Shown here piece by piece: positions 60,234 to 64,000 of a stretch of 64,000 nt of DNA (the stretch's first letter is position 1; every line of letters begins with the position of its first letter). Made by a program: the position numbers and the translations under genes. This stretch comes from Lama glama (taxonomy: Eukaryota): the NCBI GenBank assembly GCA_028534125.1, contig CM052817.1, positions 50,036,001 to 50,100,000 of the forward strand. The letters are read 5' to 3'. A model generated the notes under the pieces. The model saw only the letters and a program-made list of their open reading frames with translations. It had not been told where the DNA came from and made no database searches.

Positions 60234-60970
60234 TTATCTTGGCTATTGTGAATAGTGGCATAATGAACATGTGAGTGCAGGTATCTTTCCTAGGTTCCGA
60301 TTTCATTTCCTTTGGGTATATATCCAGAAGAGGGATTACTGAATTTTAGGGTAGTTCTGTTTTTATTTTGGGGGAGAATCTCCATACTGTTTTCCATAAA
60401 GGGTGTAACACTCTACATTTCCACCAACAGTGTAAAAGTGTTCCCATTCCTTCACATCGTCACTAACACTTGTTACCTTTCACCACTTTGATACTAGCCT
60501 TCTTAACAGATTTGAGGTGGTAATTGTTATTGTGGTTTTGATTTGCATTTCCCTGATGATTAGTGATATTGAGCATCTTTTCATAAACCTGTTGGCACTT
60601 TGTATGTCTTCTTTGGAAAGTGATCTCATGTATATGTGAAATGTAAAAATGTCAAATTCATAGTAGCAGTGAATAGAGCAGCGGTTATCAGGGCAGAGGA
60701 AGTGGGGAGATGGGTGTTCCAAGTGTAGAAAGTTGTAGTTAATGTAGGATGAATATGTTCTAGAGATCTAATGCACTACATGATGACTATAGTTAATACT
60801 CTGTTGTATACTGGAAATTTGCTAAGAGCAGATTGCTGGTGCTCTCCCCACATACAACAGACACATACAGGTGGGAAACTGAGGAGATGGATATGCTCAT
60901 TAACTTAACTGCAGCAATCATTTCACTAAGTATATCGAAACATGTTGTACACCTTAAATATATACATTTA
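60234..60970. mobile_element. L1 with 5' inversion (minus strand about 60234-60620, plus strand about 60621-60970)
   Basis: Minus-strand ORF2 C-terminus ([22 protein letters not shown]) abuts a plus-strand L1 3' UTR. Confidence 0.75.
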
Positions 60971-62419
60971 TATACACACAGACGCACACACATGAATATA
61001 TTTGTGTGCTTGTCTGTGTGTATTTTTTCTCTTTTATAAGAGTTATATATTTATTTAGGTTTTATATTTTAATGCTTTGGCCAGAATTATCAGAACAAAG
61101 GATTTTAAAAGTTTTAAAAGTAATGTTTCTAGTTTTTCATTGTTAAGGAAGATACTGATTTAAGATAAATATTCATATATACAGCATTAAGGAAATACTA
61201 CTCTGTTTTCCTTTTTAAAGGATTTATTAGGACAGTGGGTCTCAACATAATATGTCAGAGTTCTTGGTTTATATTAAAAAGTTTAATAAGTAAAAAATCC
61301 CTATATAACAATATTAGTAGTTGGCATATGAAGTCGGCAAACTCATTTCTTTTCTACCAAATCTTTTTATGTTTCTTTGCCAAGTTAATGATAGGTGAAG
61401 ATGCACACTCTTACTACTTCAATCTTTCCAGACTTCATATTATTTTGATATTCCTTCTGGAACTCATAGGTAGTTATCTTGGAGGCATTCTGATTAATCT
61501 ATAATCAAGCCATAACATGTAGAACATATATGAAAAGAAAATAAGGCCAGTTTCCTTAAATGACTGTTGCCATAGTTTTCCTCCAGTGGACTCTTGTAAA
61601 TAGGACACAACATAACAATAGTTTGTTTTTTTTTCCCTCAGTATTCAAGAAGCAGGACCTCTCTCCAGATTGGTGCATAAAATACATCAGAGTTAGAGTT
61701 AGGGACTCAGGGCAAATAATAGGTTAGGATACAAATGTTAGGATACAAAACTGAGCTTTCATTTGTATTGGATTGCTACCAAATGGAAGATCAGTTTTCA
61801 GGTAAAATCCTGATGTAAGACTTTTATTTGCCCCGAGGAATCCTGTCATGGAAGCAGTAAATGCAGGTTACAAATCACTGGTGCTATTTGTATGGAGGAT
61901 TTATGTAGTATAAGATACCCTACTAGGCTTTTAATTGAGCATTTTATTTTCTTCCTCTGGCAAGTTTCTAAAATCGTAGCACAGAAATTTGATAGTTAGA
62001 ATAAACTTCCATCTTAGCACAGGGTAGGTCTTCAAAGCAATGTTTCACATGATTCAAATGTGGGTAAAATAAAGAACTAATTTTTAGTAAAACCAACTTT
62101 CATAAGTGTCAGAAGTTTACTACAATTAGTGGGGTTTGTAAAAACAATACTTCGATAAATATAATTTTAGGTGTTTGTTCTATTATAATTATTTGCATAG
62201 TTTGGGTATTGTACCCTGAGAAAGAAGTAAAACAGAGCTCAGGTCCTCAAAAATAGATGCAGAGGAAAGTTAAAAGGATAGGCATGGTTATAAAATACTT
62301 TATGTCCTTATTTTGTCAAATGGCAGCCCTGTCTGGCTGTTGGCTGGTTCCCAGGATATAAACCCTACAGAGAAGCCTGCCTATTGACAAGTGCCATGCC
62401 CTTCCGTGAAGCCCATCGT

Positions 62420-63330
62420 CCTCTTCAAATGAAAGGATTTTTAGGAAAACAGTACAACCAAACTGCAAACCCATACAAGTAGGAAAAAAATACAGCCTGA
62501 AAAAAGACAGATGAAAATAAACTGACACAACCACCCTGGAAGAGACAGAAGCAATTCAGATAAGAAAAGAAAATGTAAAAAAAAGTAAAAAACAAAAAAA
62601 GAAAGAAAAATTCTAGTTAATGTCTAAAGAAATATGGAAGAAGAAATTAGATCCATAAAACAAGCATGGCTATTGGTGGAAAAAAAAAAGAAGCAATGAG
62701 GGGATTAGACAGTTCATAGAAATTTAAACATGCAGTAGATGTGATAAATACTAGAAAGGACATGTTGGAAAGAAGTTGGCAATCTGAAAGAGAGAAATAA
62801 TAAAAAGAAAGAGAACGATGATAGATAAGAGATACAGTAGCTTGATCTAGTAGGTACAGCATTAATAGAAATTTCATAAGAAAGGAACAGAGTGGAAAGG
62901 AGAGAAGAAACAATAAAAGACAATTTTCTTGAGCTGAAGAGTCTTCAGAAGAAAAAATTTTTAAAGATATATCTAGAAATATTTTGATAGCACATTCTGA
63001 ACTCTTCAGGATAAAAAGGAAATCCTAAAAGGCTTCAGAGAGAAATAGAAAAAGATCCTTACAAAGGAACAAGAGTCAGCTTCAGGCAGCTCAGCAGCAA
63101 TACTAGGCAGAGTAAGACAAAGGAAATTCTTTCCAAGTCTGAAATAAAAGGAATTTTGAACTTCGATTCTATACCCAGCCACACAATCAAGTGAAGGTAA
63201 GACAGATTGTCAAAATGAAAACGTTCAAAAAGTTTATGACCAGTGGACATCTTGTGAAGAAGACTGAGAATGTACTCCAGAGAAATAATTTGCAAAGATG
63301 AACTGAGGAAATACTGGAAATAGTAAGGAT
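62420..63330 (+). mobile_element. Degraded L1/HAL1 ORF1-like region
   Basis: A-rich, ggataaaaaggaaatcctaaaaggcttcagagag...attctatacccagcc. Confidence 0.6.
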
Positions 63331-63733
63331 CAGTATGTCTCAAGTCACACATTTCTTTGCCTGTTACTCTACTTGATTCTATGCTGAAAATTATGATATT
63401 CACTACAATTACATTGTAAGGGATGTTTGTTTTTAGTTTTAAAATAAATCCGTGTAAAGGGCCCAGAGATGTAATTTTAGTTACAGATCATAATGTAAAC
63501 TATCATAAACTTAACAATACAGGAAATTATATCATTAGTAATACTATTTCAATTTCTGACTTTTAAATTCTCATTAAAATCATAGGTTCTGTGTGACTTA
63601 GAGCCTCTGGGGCCTGTGTTGGCTAGACTATAGCCAAGAGGTATCCACCTACAGGCTTCAACCATCATGTCTGTCTAGAAAAATACTGAATCTATGTTTT
63701 GAGCTCTTCACTCTTGGACTCCAGTGTGTATTT

Positions 63734-63864
63734 TGGTTTTGTTGTTGTTGTTGTTGTTGTTGTTGTTTTTAATGGAGTTATTGAGGATTGAACCCAAGAC
63801 TTCGAGTATGCTAAGCTTGTTCTATGTTGAGCATGCACTCTACCACAGAGCTATATCCACCGCC
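63734..63864 (-). mobile_element. tRNA-derived SINE with (CAA)n tail and 15-bp TSD
   Basis: TSD ctccagtgt(g/a)tattt at 63719-63733 and 63865-63879; ggattgaacccaagac...gcatgcactctaccacagagctata. Confidence 0.88.
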
Positions 63865-64000
63865 CTCCAGTGTATATTTCAAGCTGCCAGTTGAATGTCT
63901 TGCTTGGGGTGTCCGACCAGAATCTCAAACTCAACATGTCTCAGTCTGAATCCATCGTGTATTCTGGTTAGATGCCCAGAAATCTTTCCCTTATGACTAC

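Noticed and set aside
1..64000. CRISPR arrays, operons or a novel multi-gene system
   Set aside because: This is a eukaryotic intron-rich single-gene locus; the short repeats are TSDs or 2-copy duplications without spacers, and the remaining ORFs are repeat-derived or random

Overview
AT-rich mammalian genomic DNA. The repeat content, especially many short tRNA-Ala(AGC)-derived SINEs resembling camelid vic-1, suggests a camelid artiodactyl (inference). The window holds almost all of one + strand gene, CENPC (centromere protein C, inner kinetochore scaffold). I resolved 18 coding exons (exons 2-19 in human numbering) from 1570 to the TGA at 58715-58717. All have GT-AG boundaries and consistent phases, summing to 2844 nt (947 aa plus stop). 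Exon 1 and the promoter lie upstream of the window, and a poly(A) signal sits at 58858. Introns and the 3' flank are filled with L1, L2, MIR, MLT1/MER21 and other LTRs, Tigger1, MER5A, MER20 and SINE relics. Family names come from recalled consensus sequences and repeat boundaries are approximate. I found no evidence of a novel multi-gene system. The best second-look items are latent splice sites inside CENPC exons, the symmetric-exon layout of its two CENP-A-binding motifs, substitutions in those motifs, a templated-insertion repair scar, and several structurally unusual transposon insertions.
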